Shown here in pieces: positions 30,655-40,773 of a stretch of DNA of 64,000 nt. The notes below the pieces were generated by a model. The model was not told where the DNA came from. It did no database searches and was given only the letters and a program-made list of their open reading frames with translations. Position 1 is the stretch's first letter. Every line of letters starts with the position of its first letter. Position numbers and translations under genes: made by a program. This stretch comes from Candidatus Sulfobium sp. GTDB taxonomy: Bacteria; Nitrospirota; Thermodesulfovibrionia; Thermodesulfovibrionales; UBA6898. The stretch is taken from positions 32,001 through 96,000 of the forward strand of contig JARRRI010000009.1 of NCBI GenBank assembly GCA_037380845.1, written 5' to 3'.

Positions 30655-31222
30655 TTTTCACCTCGGATGATAATTTATCCTTGATCATTTCGACGGCCTT
30701 TTTCACGCCGTCTTCCGTCACGGCCCGGCTCGATATCGTAGCACCGGATACCGCCTCGATGTCGACCTTGGTGGGCAGCTTCCTGACTACCAGATGGGCG
30801 AGAGTCTTACCCTTGAACTGCTTCTGAAAATAGGGCTGCTGGACTTCATCCCCAAGCCCCGGCGTCTCCTTCTGGTCGAGGATATTTAATTTTTCCACCG
30901 TAAAGGCGTCATTGACGGCCACGAGCATATTGATATAACTCGAGTATCCCTTTGCATAAGTCTCAATTATATAGCCGATGGTCTTGCCGTCTTTCTTAGC
31001 GGCGTAATATTCCGCTTCCTTGTCATGGGGCTCCCAGACACCCAGTTTCTCGACACTGTTGGCCTCGGGCATCATATCCTTGAGAGCGGCCTGTTTCTCT
31101 TCGTATGCCTTCCTGACCTTGACGGGCTCCGTCTTGGCGTACACCCCCGCCAGTATCAGCCCGCCGATGACGTAGATGACGACGAGGTTCAGGGTGATCT
31201 TGACGATATCCTTTGGGGTCAT
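30638..31222 (-). CDS. rnfG: Rnf complex subunit G
   Basis: N-terminal TM, ETPGLG, FMN-binding SGATISS; ATG with GGAGG SD. Confidence 0.92.
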   Translation of the reverse strand: MTPKDIVKITLNLVVIYVIGGLILAGVYAKTEPVKVRKAYEEKQAALKDMMPEANSVEKLGVWEPHDKEAEYYAAKKDGKTIGYIIETYAKGYSSYINMLVAVNDAFTVEKLNILDQKETPGLGDEVQQPYFQKQFKGKTLAHLVVRKLPTKVDIEAVSGATISSRAVTEDGVKKAVEMIKDKLSSEVKNEQSG

Positions 31223-32247
31223 TTCGCCGCCTCCTTCCTCAGCCCGAACACTTTCGACTTTACACCTCTGTCCAAAAGAGGCGCAAAGCAGTTCATCAGC
31301 AGGATGGCGAACATGACACCCTCCGGGAACCCGCCCTTGAGCCTTATGAGCATGGTCAGCCCGCCGCATCCGATTCCGAAGATGATCTGTCCCTTTTTCA
31401 TGGATGGCGAAGTGACATAGTCAGTCGCCATAAACCACGCCCCCAGCATAAGACCGCCGCTCAGCAGGTGTATTATAGGGTCTCCGGTAAAGAGGCCCTC
31501 TTTCCCTCCGAAGATCCATGCCAGTATCGCGACTGTGCCCAGAAAAGAGACGGGTATGTGCCAGGTGATATATCTCTTGTAAAGCAGAAAGAGTCCCCCG
31601 ATCAGAAGTGCTATTGCCGAGGTCTCGCCGATCGAGCCGGCTACGTTTCCCGTAAGGAGATGCTGGTAGAGGCCCGCCTTGTCTCCGAAAACCTTCATCA
31701 ACTCGGTCATTCCGCTCTCTTTCAATATCCCCAGGGGTGTCGCTGTTGTCTTGGCGTCCAGCGCAAGAAAAGATGAAGTGGGATGCAGCCAGATCGTCAT
31801 CGGCCTGGGCCAGCAGATCAGGATGAAGGCTCTTCCCATCAAGGCCGGATTGAAGATGTTAAATCCGAGCCCGCCGAAAAGCTGCTTCGTTATCACTATG
31901 GCAACGAGGGAAGCTATTATGGGAATATGGACCTCGAAGGGTGAAAAAGACCAGAGCGACGCAGGCATGTTCATACCGACCAGAAGGCCGGTGAGAAAGG
32001 CGCTCCCGTCGCTCACGACGGATGTCTTGTCTACCACCTTCATATAAAGGTGTTCGAAGACAAGACAACTCAATATACAGAGGACCGTAACAAACAGGGC
32101 TTTAAGCCCGAAGAAATACAGACCGGAAAGTATTGCCGGCAGCAGGGCCAGGCTGACGGTCCACATAATGCGGCTCGTCGTCTCCTCGCTCTTGACATGA
32201 GGACTGACCGACACTACCAGGTAATGTTCTTTTTTCGTTGCCTCCAT
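31219..32247 (-). CDS. rnfD: Rnf complex subunit D
   Basis: SPH, KQLFGGLG.NIFNPA, TTATPL, GSIGETS, MATDY. Confidence 0.94.
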   Translation of the reverse strand: MEATKKEHYLVVSVSPHVKSEETTSRIMWTVSLALLPAILSGLYFFGLKALFVTVLCILSCLVFEHLYMKVVDKTSVVSDGSAFLTGLLVGMNMPASLWSFSPFEVHIPIIASLVAIVITKQLFGGLGFNIFNPALMGRAFILICWPRPMTIWLHPTSSFLALDAKTTATPLGILKESGMTELMKVFGDKAGLYQHLLTGNVAGSIGETSAIALLIGGLFLLYKRYITWHIPVSFLGTVAILAWIFGGKEGLFTGDPIIHLLSGGLMLGAWFMATDYVTSPSMKKGQIIFGIGCGGLTMLIRLKGGFPEGVMFAILLMNCFAPLLDRGVKSKVFGLRKEAAK

Positions 32248-32259
32248 TCTCAACTCTCC

Positions 32260-33567
32260 TTAAGGCTTGACCATGGATTTCGCTACTCTCACAAGCTGGA
32301 CTATCGGCCTCTTCGAAGGGCAGACAAAGGTACAGGAACCGCATTCGAAACAGTCGAAGAGGTTATATTCCTTGCAGTCCTCATAATGGCCCTTTTCCGC
32401 AAGCAGGCTGAGCATGGACGGCATAAGTCCCATCGGGCATACGTCGATGCACCTGCCGCATCTTATGCACGGGCTGAAATCCTCGGCATGGACAATCCCT
32501 TCTTCGGGCAATACAAGGATGCCGGATGTGCCCTTCGTCACCGGAACGTCCAGCGATGAAAGGGCAAACCCCATCATCGGTCCCCCGGCGATCACCTTGG
32601 CGACCTCGTCCTTCAGACCGCCGCATTCTTCCACCAGTTCGGATATCTTGGTGCCGACCCTGACCATCAGGTTCTTGGGTTCCCTGATCCCTTCACCGGT
32701 GACCGTGACGACCCGCTCTATAAGAGGCTTGCCGAAGCGCGCGGCTTCATAAATCGAGAGTGCCGTACCCACATTCTGGACGACAACACCGACATCCATG
32801 GGAAGACCCCTGGAGGGGACCTCCCTCCCGAGCACCGCCTTTATCAGCATTTTTTCGGCGCCCTGGGGGTACTTCACCTCCAGCGACAGAACCTCTATGC
32901 CCGCCTCGCCCGCAGTCGCCTCCTTCATCTTTGCGACTGCGTCGGGTTTATTGTTCTCGATGCCGATGTACCCCTTCTCCAGATTGAGGACCTTCATCAG
33001 TATTTTGAGACCTTCTACTATTTCCTTCGGCTTTTCGAGCATAAGTCTGTAATCTGCCGTCAAATAAGGCTCGCACTCGGCTCCATTGATCACAACCGCG
33101 TCGATCGGCTTTTCTTTCGGAGGGGAAAGCTTGACGGCGGTTGGAAAGGCAGCCCCGCCGAGGCCGACGATCCCGGCCGCCTTTATCTTCTCTTTCAACT
33201 CGTCGGCAGAGAGGTTCATGTAGTCAGGGCTGTCCTTCAGGGCGGTCCATTCATCCTTCATATCGTTTTCTATTACGACGGAATTGACCATCCTTCCCAT
33301 CGCATTCTGGAATTCCCCTATGGCGATGACTTTTCCCGAGACTGAAGAATGTACCGGCGCCGAGACAAAACCTCCCGGTTCGCCTATCATCTCGCCCTTC
33401 TTTACTTCCTGACCAATCGAGACAAGCGGCTTGCAAGGGGCTCCGGCGTGCTGACTGAGGGGGATTACAACGATCTTTGGCGGCTTCGCCCCGGTGATAG
33501 GACTGTGTGCTGATAACTCTTTTTTGTCCGGCGGATGTATACCGCCTTTAAACGTGGCTGTGCCCAT
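32260..33567 (-). CDS. rnfC: Rnf complex subunit C
   Basis: FKGGIHP, GLGGAAFPT, NGAECEPY, YPQGAE, two 4Fe-4S motifs. Confidence 0.95.
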   Translation of the reverse strand: MGTATFKGGIHPPDKKELSAHSPITGAKPPKIVVIPLSQHAGAPCKPLVSIGQEVKKGEMIGEPGGFVSAPVHSSVSGKVIAIGEFQNAMGRMVNSVVIENDMKDEWTALKDSPDYMNLSADELKEKIKAAGIVGLGGAAFPTAVKLSPPKEKPIDAVVINGAECEPYLTADYRLMLEKPKEIVEGLKILMKVLNLEKGYIGIENNKPDAVAKMKEATAGEAGIEVLSLEVKYPQGAEKMLIKAVLGREVPSRGLPMDVGVVVQNVGTALSIYEAARFGKPLIERVVTVTGEGIREPKNLMVRVGTKISELVEECGGLKDEVAKVIAGGPMMGFALSSLDVPVTKGTSGILVLPEEGIVHAEDFSPCIRCGRCIDVCPMGLMPSMLSLLAEKGHYEDCKEYNLFDCFECGSCTFVCPSKRPIVQLVRVAKSMVKP

Positions 33568-33617
33568 CTTAACGATTTCCTCCTTGGGATCTCGGCAGCC
33601 CAAAAAAATGCCGTTAT

Positions 33618-33647
33618 TTAATAACATGCCGTCTAAGGGTATGTCAA
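33618..33647 (-). promoter_or_regulatory. Putative rnf operon promoter
   Basis: TTGACA-18 nt-TATTAA with TGn extended -10. Confidence 0.55.
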
Positions 33648-33693
33648 GTGGTGATTTTACTTTCCCTGAAAATCAGGCTTTCAGGGTTGCCCG

Positions 33694-36600
33694 CTAATCA
33701 TTCCTTTCACACCACCGCCGGGCGTTCTGGAACATCCTGAGCCATGGCGACGCCCGGAGGTTCTGCGTCCACTCTTCCGGCATCCATGCCCACTGCCACT
33801 TGAGAAAGGCCCGTTCGGGATGGGGCATGAGGGCGAGGTGTCTTCCGTCGGGAGAGCAGAGGGCGGTAATGCCATCCGGAGAACCGTTGGGGTTGAATGG
33901 ATACTGTTCGGTAGGAGTGCCGCTGTCATCAACATATCTTATGGGGGCGAGCCCGCGCTGGAGGACATCTTTTCTTATCGAATCGTCCGGGAAATACGCC
34001 AGTCCTTCCCCGTGGGCAACCCAGACCCCGAGGACGGAATCCGCCATCCCCTCAAGCATGACCGCCGGACTTTCAATTATCCTGACCGATGCAAAGCGGG
34101 ACTCGAACCGCCCCGAGCTGTTATGGATAAACCTGGGCTGATGTATATCCGGAATGCCCTGCCACGGGACCCACCCCAAAAGGGCCATCAGCTGACATCC
34201 GTTACATACGCCAAGACTGAAAGTATCGGAACGCTCGTAGAATATCCGGAACTGTTCGCGGATTCTCTCATGGAATCTGATAACCCCGGCCCAGCCCTTG
34301 GCGGAACCAAGAACATCAGCATAGCTGAAGCCCCCGACAAAGACCATTCCCCTGAAACTCTGAAGGTCAGCCCTTTCCTCCAGGAAGTCAGTCATCGTCA
34401 CGTCCCAGGGTTCGAAACCGGCAGTGAAAAAGGCGGAGGTCATCTCCCTGTCCCCATTGCTACCCTCTTCACGCACTATCCCTACCCGCGGCTTTTCAGA
34501 CCTTTCCAGCACCTCATGGGGAGTAGGTTCCGGGCTGAAGGAGAGACGAAGGGACGGCCCGGTCATGTCATATATGTTCTTCTTCTCCTCCTCGACACAC
34601 TCCGGGTTTCTCTGAAGCCTGTCAAGCCTGTAGCTTGTCTCCTCCCAGATCTCCCTGAGGACCCTCATGTCTTCGTGCAAAACCGTGAGGGGCGGGGAGT
34701 CAGGAGTCAGTAATGAGATGTTTATCATCTTATCGGGCGTGGTATTCCCGATAATCCGATATGGGATACCCTGTTTCTGGAGCTCCGAAGTTATCTTATC
34801 TTCATTTTCGGGAAGGTACTCGATAACCATCCCGAGTTCTTCGGAAAAAAGAACCGGTATGCCCGGGTTATGACCTTTGCTCCCTGCTCTCTGCCGTATT
34901 TCGATGTCGAGGCCGCAATTACCGGCAAATGCCATTTCAAGGAGCGTCGTAACAAGGCCGCCGTCGGACCTGTCATGGCCCGAGAGCACCAGACCTTCAG
35001 ACACCATCTTCTGTACGGCGTTGAAGGTCCTCTTCAGCAACTCCGGGTCTTCGACGTCGGGACATTCATCGCCTGCCTGCCGGTAGCACTGTGCGAGAGC
35101 GGAGCCACCCAGACGGTCGTTGCCCTTCGCCAAATCGATGAAGAGAATCCTGCCATCTCCGGGTCTCTTTATGTCCGGAGTCACAGTTTTGGTAATATCC
35201 GGACACGCAACATAGGCCGAGACGACGAGCGTTCCGGGCGATTTCACGGTTTCTGTCTTTCCTGAAGAACCTGGGACCCTGGCAGCCATGGACAGGCTGT
35301 CCTTCCCGCCGTCGACAGCTATGCCCAGTTCGATCATGATATCGCGCATTGCCACCGCCGCGTCATACAGGTCCGCCCCTTCGCCGGGAAGTTTAGGCGC
35401 CCACATCCAGTTCGCGGAGCATTTGATATCTTCGATGGCGGTCACCTTCGCCCATGCGATGTTCGTCAACGCCTCGGCAACGCTCATCCTCGCCATCGCA
35501 GCCGGGTTCAGCAGGGTCTTGACGGGCTGCTCACCGATAGAAATGGCGACCCCCGTAAGGCCGTAATGGCTCTGGGCGGCCACCGCGACATCGGACAGGG
35601 TGATCTGAAGGGGGCCTACGCACTGCTGCTGTGCAACCAGACCGGTTACCGACCTGTCGACCTTGTTCGTCAGGAACCTTTTGGAGCCCACAGAGACAAG
35701 CCTGAGCACGCGGTCGAGGGCTTCACGCACTGAAAGCCCTTCAGGCAGTTCGAGCGGCTTCAGTTCACGGCGCACCCTGTCCAGCCTGAACGTCTTCTGC
35801 GGCATCTCGCCCAAAACTTTATCGAGATGAAGATTAACAGGCGTGGTTCCGTCCGTTTCGTCGTGAAGGACGATATATCCGTCCCCTGTGATCTCGCCGA
35901 TGAAGGCACAGGGGACTTTTTCCCTCCCGCACGTTTCAAGGAAAGCTTCCGCCCGATCGGGATATATGAGGAGCGCGTTCTGCTCCTGATATTCCGCGCC
36001 CCATATCTCAAGCACCGACAGAGTATTGTCTCCGAGCTGAATCTTCCTGATCTCTATTTTCGCTCCGGCCGGATAAATGATCTCCTTCACTACATTGCAA
36101 TTGCCGCCGGCGCCCTGGTCGTGGATGCTTATGACGGGATTAGCATCTCCGAGTTCGACACAGGCCCGGATGATCCTGTTCATCTTTTGCTCCATCTCGG
36201 CGTCCCCGCGCTGCACGGCGTTGAAATCGAGTTCTTCTACGTTCTGCCCCTGGATCATGCTCGACGCCGCTCCGCCACCCATGCCGATCCGGTAGGCGGG
36301 GCCCCCTACCTTCGTCACGAGCATCCCTTTGGCCGGGTCCTTCTTTTCGATATGGCGGGAATCCATCTGACCGACGCCCCCGGTAAACATCATCGGTTTG
36401 ATCCACTCCCGTCTCTGCCCGTCCGGCATTCTGAGACCGAACGACCTGGTGAATCCCTGGATGACTGGCTCTCCGAATTTGTTGCCGTAATCCGAAGCTC
36501 CGTTGCTGGCTTCTATCTCTATAGTGAGGGGACTCGCGAGGTTCGGCGGATAGACAAAGCCCTCATTCTCCCAGGGGAGATCATACCCCGGTATGCGCAG

Positions 36601-37665
36601 GTTGCCCACGCAGTACGCAGCCGTACCGGCGATGACCAGGGCCCCCCTGCCCGTGGCCTGGACGTCCCTTATCCTTCCCCCTGTGCCGGTTTCGGCCCCC
36701 GGGAAAGGCGCCACGCCGCTTGGGAAATTGTGAGTCTCGGCGGTGAATATCGGATGATAAGCAGCCTTTGCCCTCCTGAACCGCGAAATCCCGCCTGGGC
36801 TTTCCGGCAGAATGGCCGGGACGTCAAAGCCCTTGATAGCACTCGAATTATCCCTGAAGGCGATCACGCTGTTACCGGGATTCCGCTCCAGCGGGGCACG
36901 GACAATCGACATCAGGTTTTTGGGGACCTCCCTCCCGTCGATGATCAGTCTCCCCTTGAAAAACCAGTGGCGTGAATGCTCGCTGTTGGACTGGCTGAGG
37001 TCGAAACACTCTACGTTTGTCGGATTCCGGCCGATTTCTTCTGCAAAAAGACGGTAATAGTAATCAATGTCCCAGTCGTCCAGCCCCAGGCCCATCTCCG
37101 CGTTTATTTTTTCGAGTGCCTGTCTCCCCTCTTCAATGATCGGGACAGCGCTAACCGGTTCCGGCTTCAAGCCGGTCTCGAAACTCCTGAGCCGTTCCGG
37201 ATAGAGGCACTCCGTCATGCGGTCATAGAGTCCGCTGGAGAACTTTCCCAGGTCTTCGCCGGTAAGTTCGGATGACGCATCGATCCTGTATCTTCGTGAA
37301 CGCTCTATCCGCGTTATCTTCGCAAGACCGCATGCACGGCATACTGAAACGGCGTTCGTGGACCATGCCGTAGTGAAGTTCATGCGCGGTCCGGCCTCGA
37401 GAATATAACGTCGTCCCGCTGTTTCCTCTTCCCGGTCCAGAAAGCTGTCTTGGGAGAAATTCTCCGGTTCGAAGGTTTCACTGAGCAGCCATCGGAGCAG
37501 TTCCGCCTCATCGGGAAGAAGATCGGCCTCCGCTTCGATATAAAAGCAGAATTCCGTCTGAATATCCTCTATCGCCCCGGAGACTTTAAACCTCGCGAAA
37601 GACAAGAGCGCATTCTTCCTGTGTTCCGTAAGAGCGGGTCTCTTATACCGGTAAGTTAAGAACAA
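33694..37665 (-). CDS. purL: Phosphoribosylformylglycinamidine synthase, large single-chain type
   Basis: 1323 aa; NSEHSRH, ETHNFP, HDQGAGG, DGGKDSLSM, fused glutaminase (GGFSYAD, GVCNGCQ, MPHPER). Confidence 0.96.
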   Translation of the reverse strand: MFLTYRYKRPALTEHRKNALLSFARFKVSGAIEDIQTEFCFYIEAEADLLPDEAELLRWLLSETFEPENFSQDSFLDREEETAGRRYILEAGPRMNFTTAWSTNAVSVCRACGLAKITRIERSRRYRIDASSELTGEDLGKFSSGLYDRMTECLYPERLRSFETGLKPEPVSAVPIIEEGRQALEKINAEMGLGLDDWDIDYYYRLFAEEIGRNPTNVECFDLSQSNSEHSRHWFFKGRLIIDGREVPKNLMSIVRAPLERNPGNSVIAFRDNSSAIKGFDVPAILPESPGGISRFRRAKAAYHPIFTAETHNFPSGVAPFPGAETGTGGRIRDVQATGRGALVIAGTAAYCVGNLRIPGYDLPWENEGFVYPPNLASPLTIEIEASNGASDYGNKFGEPVIQGFTRSFGLRMPDGQRREWIKPMMFTGGVGQMDSRHIEKKDPAKGMLVTKVGGPAYRIGMGGGAASSMIQGQNVEELDFNAVQRGDAEMEQKMNRIIRACVELGDANPVISIHDQGAGGNCNVVKEIIYPAGAKIEIRKIQLGDNTLSVLEIWGAEYQEQNALLIYPDRAEAFLETCGREKVPCAFIGEITGDGYIVLHDETDGTTPVNLHLDKVLGEMPQKTFRLDRVRRELKPLELPEGLSVREALDRVLRLVSVGSKRFLTNKVDRSVTGLVAQQQCVGPLQITLSDVAVAAQSHYGLTGVAISIGEQPVKTLLNPAAMARMSVAEALTNIAWAKVTAIEDIKCSANWMWAPKLPGEGADLYDAAVAMRDIMIELGIAVDGGKDSLSMAARVPGSSGKTETVKSPGTLVVSAYVACPDITKTVTPDIKRPGDGRILFIDLAKGNDRLGGSALAQCYRQAGDECPDVEDPELLKRTFNAVQKMVSEGLVLSGHDRSDGGLVTTLLEMAFAGNCGLDIEIRQRAGSKGHNPGIPVLFSEELGMVIEYLPENEDKITSELQKQGIPYRIIGNTTPDKMINISLLTPDSPPLTVLHEDMRVLREIWEETSYRLDRLQRNPECVEEEKKNIYDMTGPSLRLSFSPEPTPHEVLERSEKPRVGIVREEGSNGDREMTSAFFTAGFEPWDVTMTDFLEERADLQSFRGMVFVGGFSYADVLGSAKGWAGVIRFHERIREQFRIFYERSDTFSLGVCNGCQLMALLGWVPWQGIPDIHQPRFIHNSSGRFESRFASVRIIESPAVMLEGMADSVLGVWVAHGEGLAYFPDDSIRKDVLQRGLAPIRYVDDSGTPTEQYPFNPNGSPDGITALCSPDGRHLALMPHPERAFLKWQWAWMPEEWTQNLRASPWLRMFQNARRWCERND
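34684..34895. repeat. Two degenerate heptamer-repeat tracts in-frame within purL
   Basis: CGTGAGG GGCGGGG AGTCAGG AGTCAGT AATGAGA (34684-34718) and TTATGAC CTTTGCT CCCTGCT CTCTGCC (34868-34895). Confidence 0.55.
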
Positions 37666-37681
37666 TGTGGATTATCCATCC

Positions 37682-38986
37682 TCAATTCTTCGCCTTTCCG
37701 AATACCCTCTGATAGATGTAGTCAATATTTCTGAAATAGTGTTTAAGATCGAACATATCCCTGATCTCGGCAGGGGTAAGGTACTTTCTGACGTTCCTGT
37801 CCTTCATCAGCATACCTTTGAATTCCTTCCTCTTCTTCCAGCTCTCCATGGCGTTCTTCTGGACGACGGCATAGGCACCCTCCCTGCTCATACCTTTTTC
37901 GGTGAGCTTGAGAAGAACGTTCTGAGAATTGTAAAGACCGTAACTGCACGCCATATTTTCCTTCATTTTACCGGGATAGACCTGCAGGCCGGACAGGATG
38001 CCCGTCAGTCTGTGGAGCATGTAATCCACCAGTATGGTGCTGTCCGGTATGATCACTCGCTCTACCGAAGAATGCGAGATGTCCCTCTCGTGCCACAGGG
38101 CGACATTTTCCAATGATGCCAGGGAATTCGCCCTAACCACCCGCGCCAGTCCGGAAAGGTTCTCGGATCCCACAGGATTCCTCTTGTGGGGCATGGCGGA
38201 AGAGCCTTTCTGTCCCCTGGCAAAAGGTTCTTCCGCCTCCAGGACTTCGGTCCGCTGGAGGTGTCTGATCTCGACCGCTATCTTCTCGACCGAGGCGGCA
38301 ATTATCGCCAGGGTGGAAAGGTACTCGGCATGCCTGTCTCTCTGGACGACCTGAGTTGCCACGGATTCAGGTTTCAACCCGAGCTTTTTGCAGACCTTCT
38401 CCTCGATCACCGTCGGAATGTTGGAAAACGTGCCTACCGCCCCGGACAATTTCCCTATGCTGACGGTCTTTCTCGCCCTTTCCATCCGCTCTATGTTCCG
38501 CCGTGCCTCTTCATGCCATAGCGCAAACTTCAGTCCGAATGTCATGGGCTCCGCGTGGACGCCGTGGCTCCTGCCGATACAGACCGTGTCCTTGTACTTA
38601 AATGCCTGCTCCCTCATAACGTCCTTTAACTTCTTGAGGTCCCTGAGAATAATGGCTGCAGCCTCCTTCATGAGAAGGGACTGCGCAGTGTCTACGATAT
38701 CTGAAGAGGTTAGGCCTTTATGTATATATCTGGACTCAGGCCCCACCTTTTCGGCAACGGAGGTCAGAAAAGCTATCACGTCATGCTTGACCACGGCCTC
38801 GATTTCATCGATCCTCGCCACGTCGAACCCGGCTCTTTCCTTTATCACGGCTAAAGCACCCTTCGGGATCTTACCGGTCTCCGCCCACGCTTCGCACACT
38901 GCAATCTCGACGTCCAGCCACTTGCTGAACTTGTTTTCAGGCTCCCACAGCCCTCCCATCTCTTTACGTGTATATCTTGCGATCAT
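37682..38986 (-). CDS. purB: Adenylosuccinate lyase
   Basis: MIARY, KHDVIAF, GRSHGVHAEP, GSSAMPHKRNP. Confidence 0.97.
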   Translation of the reverse strand: MIARYTRKEMGGLWEPENKFSKWLDVEIAVCEAWAETGKIPKGALAVIKERAGFDVARIDEIEAVVKHDVIAFLTSVAEKVGPESRYIHKGLTSSDIVDTAQSLLMKEAAAIILRDLKKLKDVMREQAFKYKDTVCIGRSHGVHAEPMTFGLKFALWHEEARRNIERMERARKTVSIGKLSGAVGTFSNIPTVIEEKVCKKLGLKPESVATQVVQRDRHAEYLSTLAIIAASVEKIAVEIRHLQRTEVLEAEEPFARGQKGSSAMPHKRNPVGSENLSGLARVVRANSLASLENVALWHERDISHSSVERVIIPDSTILVDYMLHRLTGILSGLQVYPGKMKENMACSYGLYNSQNVLLKLTEKGMSREGAYAVVQKNAMESWKKRKEFKGMLMKDRNVRKYLTPAEIRDMFDLKHYFRNIDYIYQRVFGKAKN

Positions 38987-39451
38987 TGTTCCTCTCTCTC
39001 CTGACTAGATTACTGTATATTCAGATTCACCATACCAGAACAGGCTTCAGTCTGTTTTCCCATTTATGCCCGAAACTTTTTGCTCGAAATCCTTGATCCC
39101 GCCAGGACACAGTTCACGCTCAAAGCAGTGCGGATGAGCCGATGCACCAATTTGGACTCAGGTGCCCTATCGGCACCATTGACTTTACAATAACAGGAAA
39201 TTTTATTCAAATTGGCCCTGATGTTTATCATTGATCACCTTGCGGTTGCATAAATTCTGCAAAAAGAAGACTGGTATTCAGAAGAAGATCCATATTTTTC
39301 TCCGCAATTTAACGGGAGGTTGCCGAAAGGGCCATGCGCGAAGTCATCGAATGTTTACGTCTGTGGTTTTCCGTGGGTCAAAACGAATTCGGCGGCCATA
39401 TATGGGCTTTTCATGCATGTCACCCTCTCAGCCATACACCACGGAGAATAA

Positions 39452-39862
39452 TCAGGTCTTGGGGAAGTCATGGGCGATCTTGTCGAGAAGGCCGTTGATG
39501 AAGGAGGCGGATTCCAGCGAAGAATACTTCTTTGCGATCTCCAGGGCCTCGTTGATCGTCACCGCCGGAGGGATGTCTTTCGCGTAAAGTATCTCATAGA
39601 CCGCGAATCTCAATATGTTTCTGTCGACGGCAGCCATCCTCTTCATGTCCCAGTGTTCGGCCGCCTTCTGTATAGCACCGTCTATTTCTTCAATATGTTC
39701 CAGTGCCCCCCGCACAAGGCGCTCAGCAAATCTTCCGGCTTCACCGGATTCTTCGCTGCCGGCCCAGAAATCTTCCGGCGGCTTCTGTCCCTTTTTGTGG
39801 CCCGAAAACTCGTGCTGGAAGAGCATCTGAAGCGCATATTCCCTCGCTTTGCGGCGGTTCAT
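39452..39862 (-). CDS. nusB: Transcription antitermination factor NusB
   Basis: RRKAREYALQMLF, DRNILR, INEALEIAKKY, FINGLLD. Confidence 0.96.
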   Translation of the reverse strand: MNRRKAREYALQMLFQHEFSGHKKGQKPPEDFWAGSEESGEAGRFAERLVRGALEHIEEIDGAIQKAAEHWDMKRMAAVDRNILRFAVYEILYAKDIPPAVTINEALEIAKKYSSLESASFINGLLDKIAHDFPKT

Positions 39863-39867
39863 AAAGA

Positions 39868-40008
39868 AGTGAGGCGCGAGGTGAGAAGTGTGAAGAGCAA
39901 AAAATGCGGCCTCTTTGTTCTTTCCGTTTGCATTTCTGCTTGAAGCAGAAGATCCGGGGCAAGCCGGTACGACTGTTCTTCTTTACTCCTCACACCTCAC
40001 TCCTCACG
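39868..40008. repeat. Intergenic element with inverted heptamer-repeat arms
   Basis: Left arm AGTGAGG CGCGAGG TGAGAAG TGTGAAG; right arm CTTTACT CCTCACA CCTCACT CCTCACG; central hairpin TTCTGCT-TGA-AGCAGAA. Confidence 0.7.
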
Positions 40009-40023
40009 ATTCTTGCGTCTTCC

Positions 40024-40485
40024 TTACAGCTTCTTCATCACCTGGGCCATCTCGATCGCAGTCATGGCAGCATCGAATCCCTTGTTTCCGCTCTTGGTGC
40101 CGGCCCTCTCAACCGCCTGTTCGATCGTATCGGATGTTATTACGCCGAAGGATATCGGCACACCCGTCTCCAGGGAAGCAGCCGCAACGCCCTTCGATAC
40201 TTCAGCCGCAACATAATCGAAATGTGGCGTGGCCCCCCTGATTACGGTCCCCAGGCAGATGACCGCATTGCAGGAATTCTTTGTTGCCAGCTTCTTCGCT
40301 ACAAGGGGCAGCTCGAAGGCGCCGGGCACCTTCACCACGTCGATATCTTCCTCCTTGGCCCCATGTCTGAGCAGGGCGTCAACGGCACCGTCGAGAAGTT
40401 TTCCCGTTATAAAATCATTGAACCTGCTTACCACGACCGCAAACTTGAGACCTTTCGCCTGCAGTTCTCCCTGAATGACTTTCAT
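40024..40485 (-). CDS. ribH: 6,7-dimethyl-8-ribityllumazine synthase
   Basis: [41 protein letters not shown]. Confidence 0.97.
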   Translation of the reverse strand: MKVIQGELQAKGLKFAVVVSRFNDFITGKLLDGAVDALLRHGAKEEDIDVVKVPGAFELPLVAKKLATKNSCNAVICLGTVIRGATPHFDYVAAEVSKGVAAASLETGVPISFGVITSDTIEQAVERAGTKSGNKGFDAAMTAIEMAQVMKKL

Positions 40486-40773
40486 TTCCTCCCTCCGGAT
40501 ATCTTTATTTTTGATCGCCAGCCGGTACCGTCTTTTTCGTCTGTCGCAAACACACCCCAACCGTCACCTGACAGTTGCATACTCAATCTGAAGAAAGAGA
40601 GACGAATGTGCTGAAAAAGCTCCATAACCCGGGGCTCCGCATGGGCCCCGGCGGGGTAATACCCGCCTTTCGGAAGGCATCTCGAGGTTGAATTTGAGTT
40701 TTCGTGAATCAAAATTGATACCTGCCGAACTTATGGATTTTTTCAGAATGTTCGCCTTCTCCTTTGTTCAATG

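Noticed and set aside
40490..40770. Possible FMN riboswitch upstream of ribH
   Set aside because: Hairpins are present but none of the conserved FMN sequence blocks.
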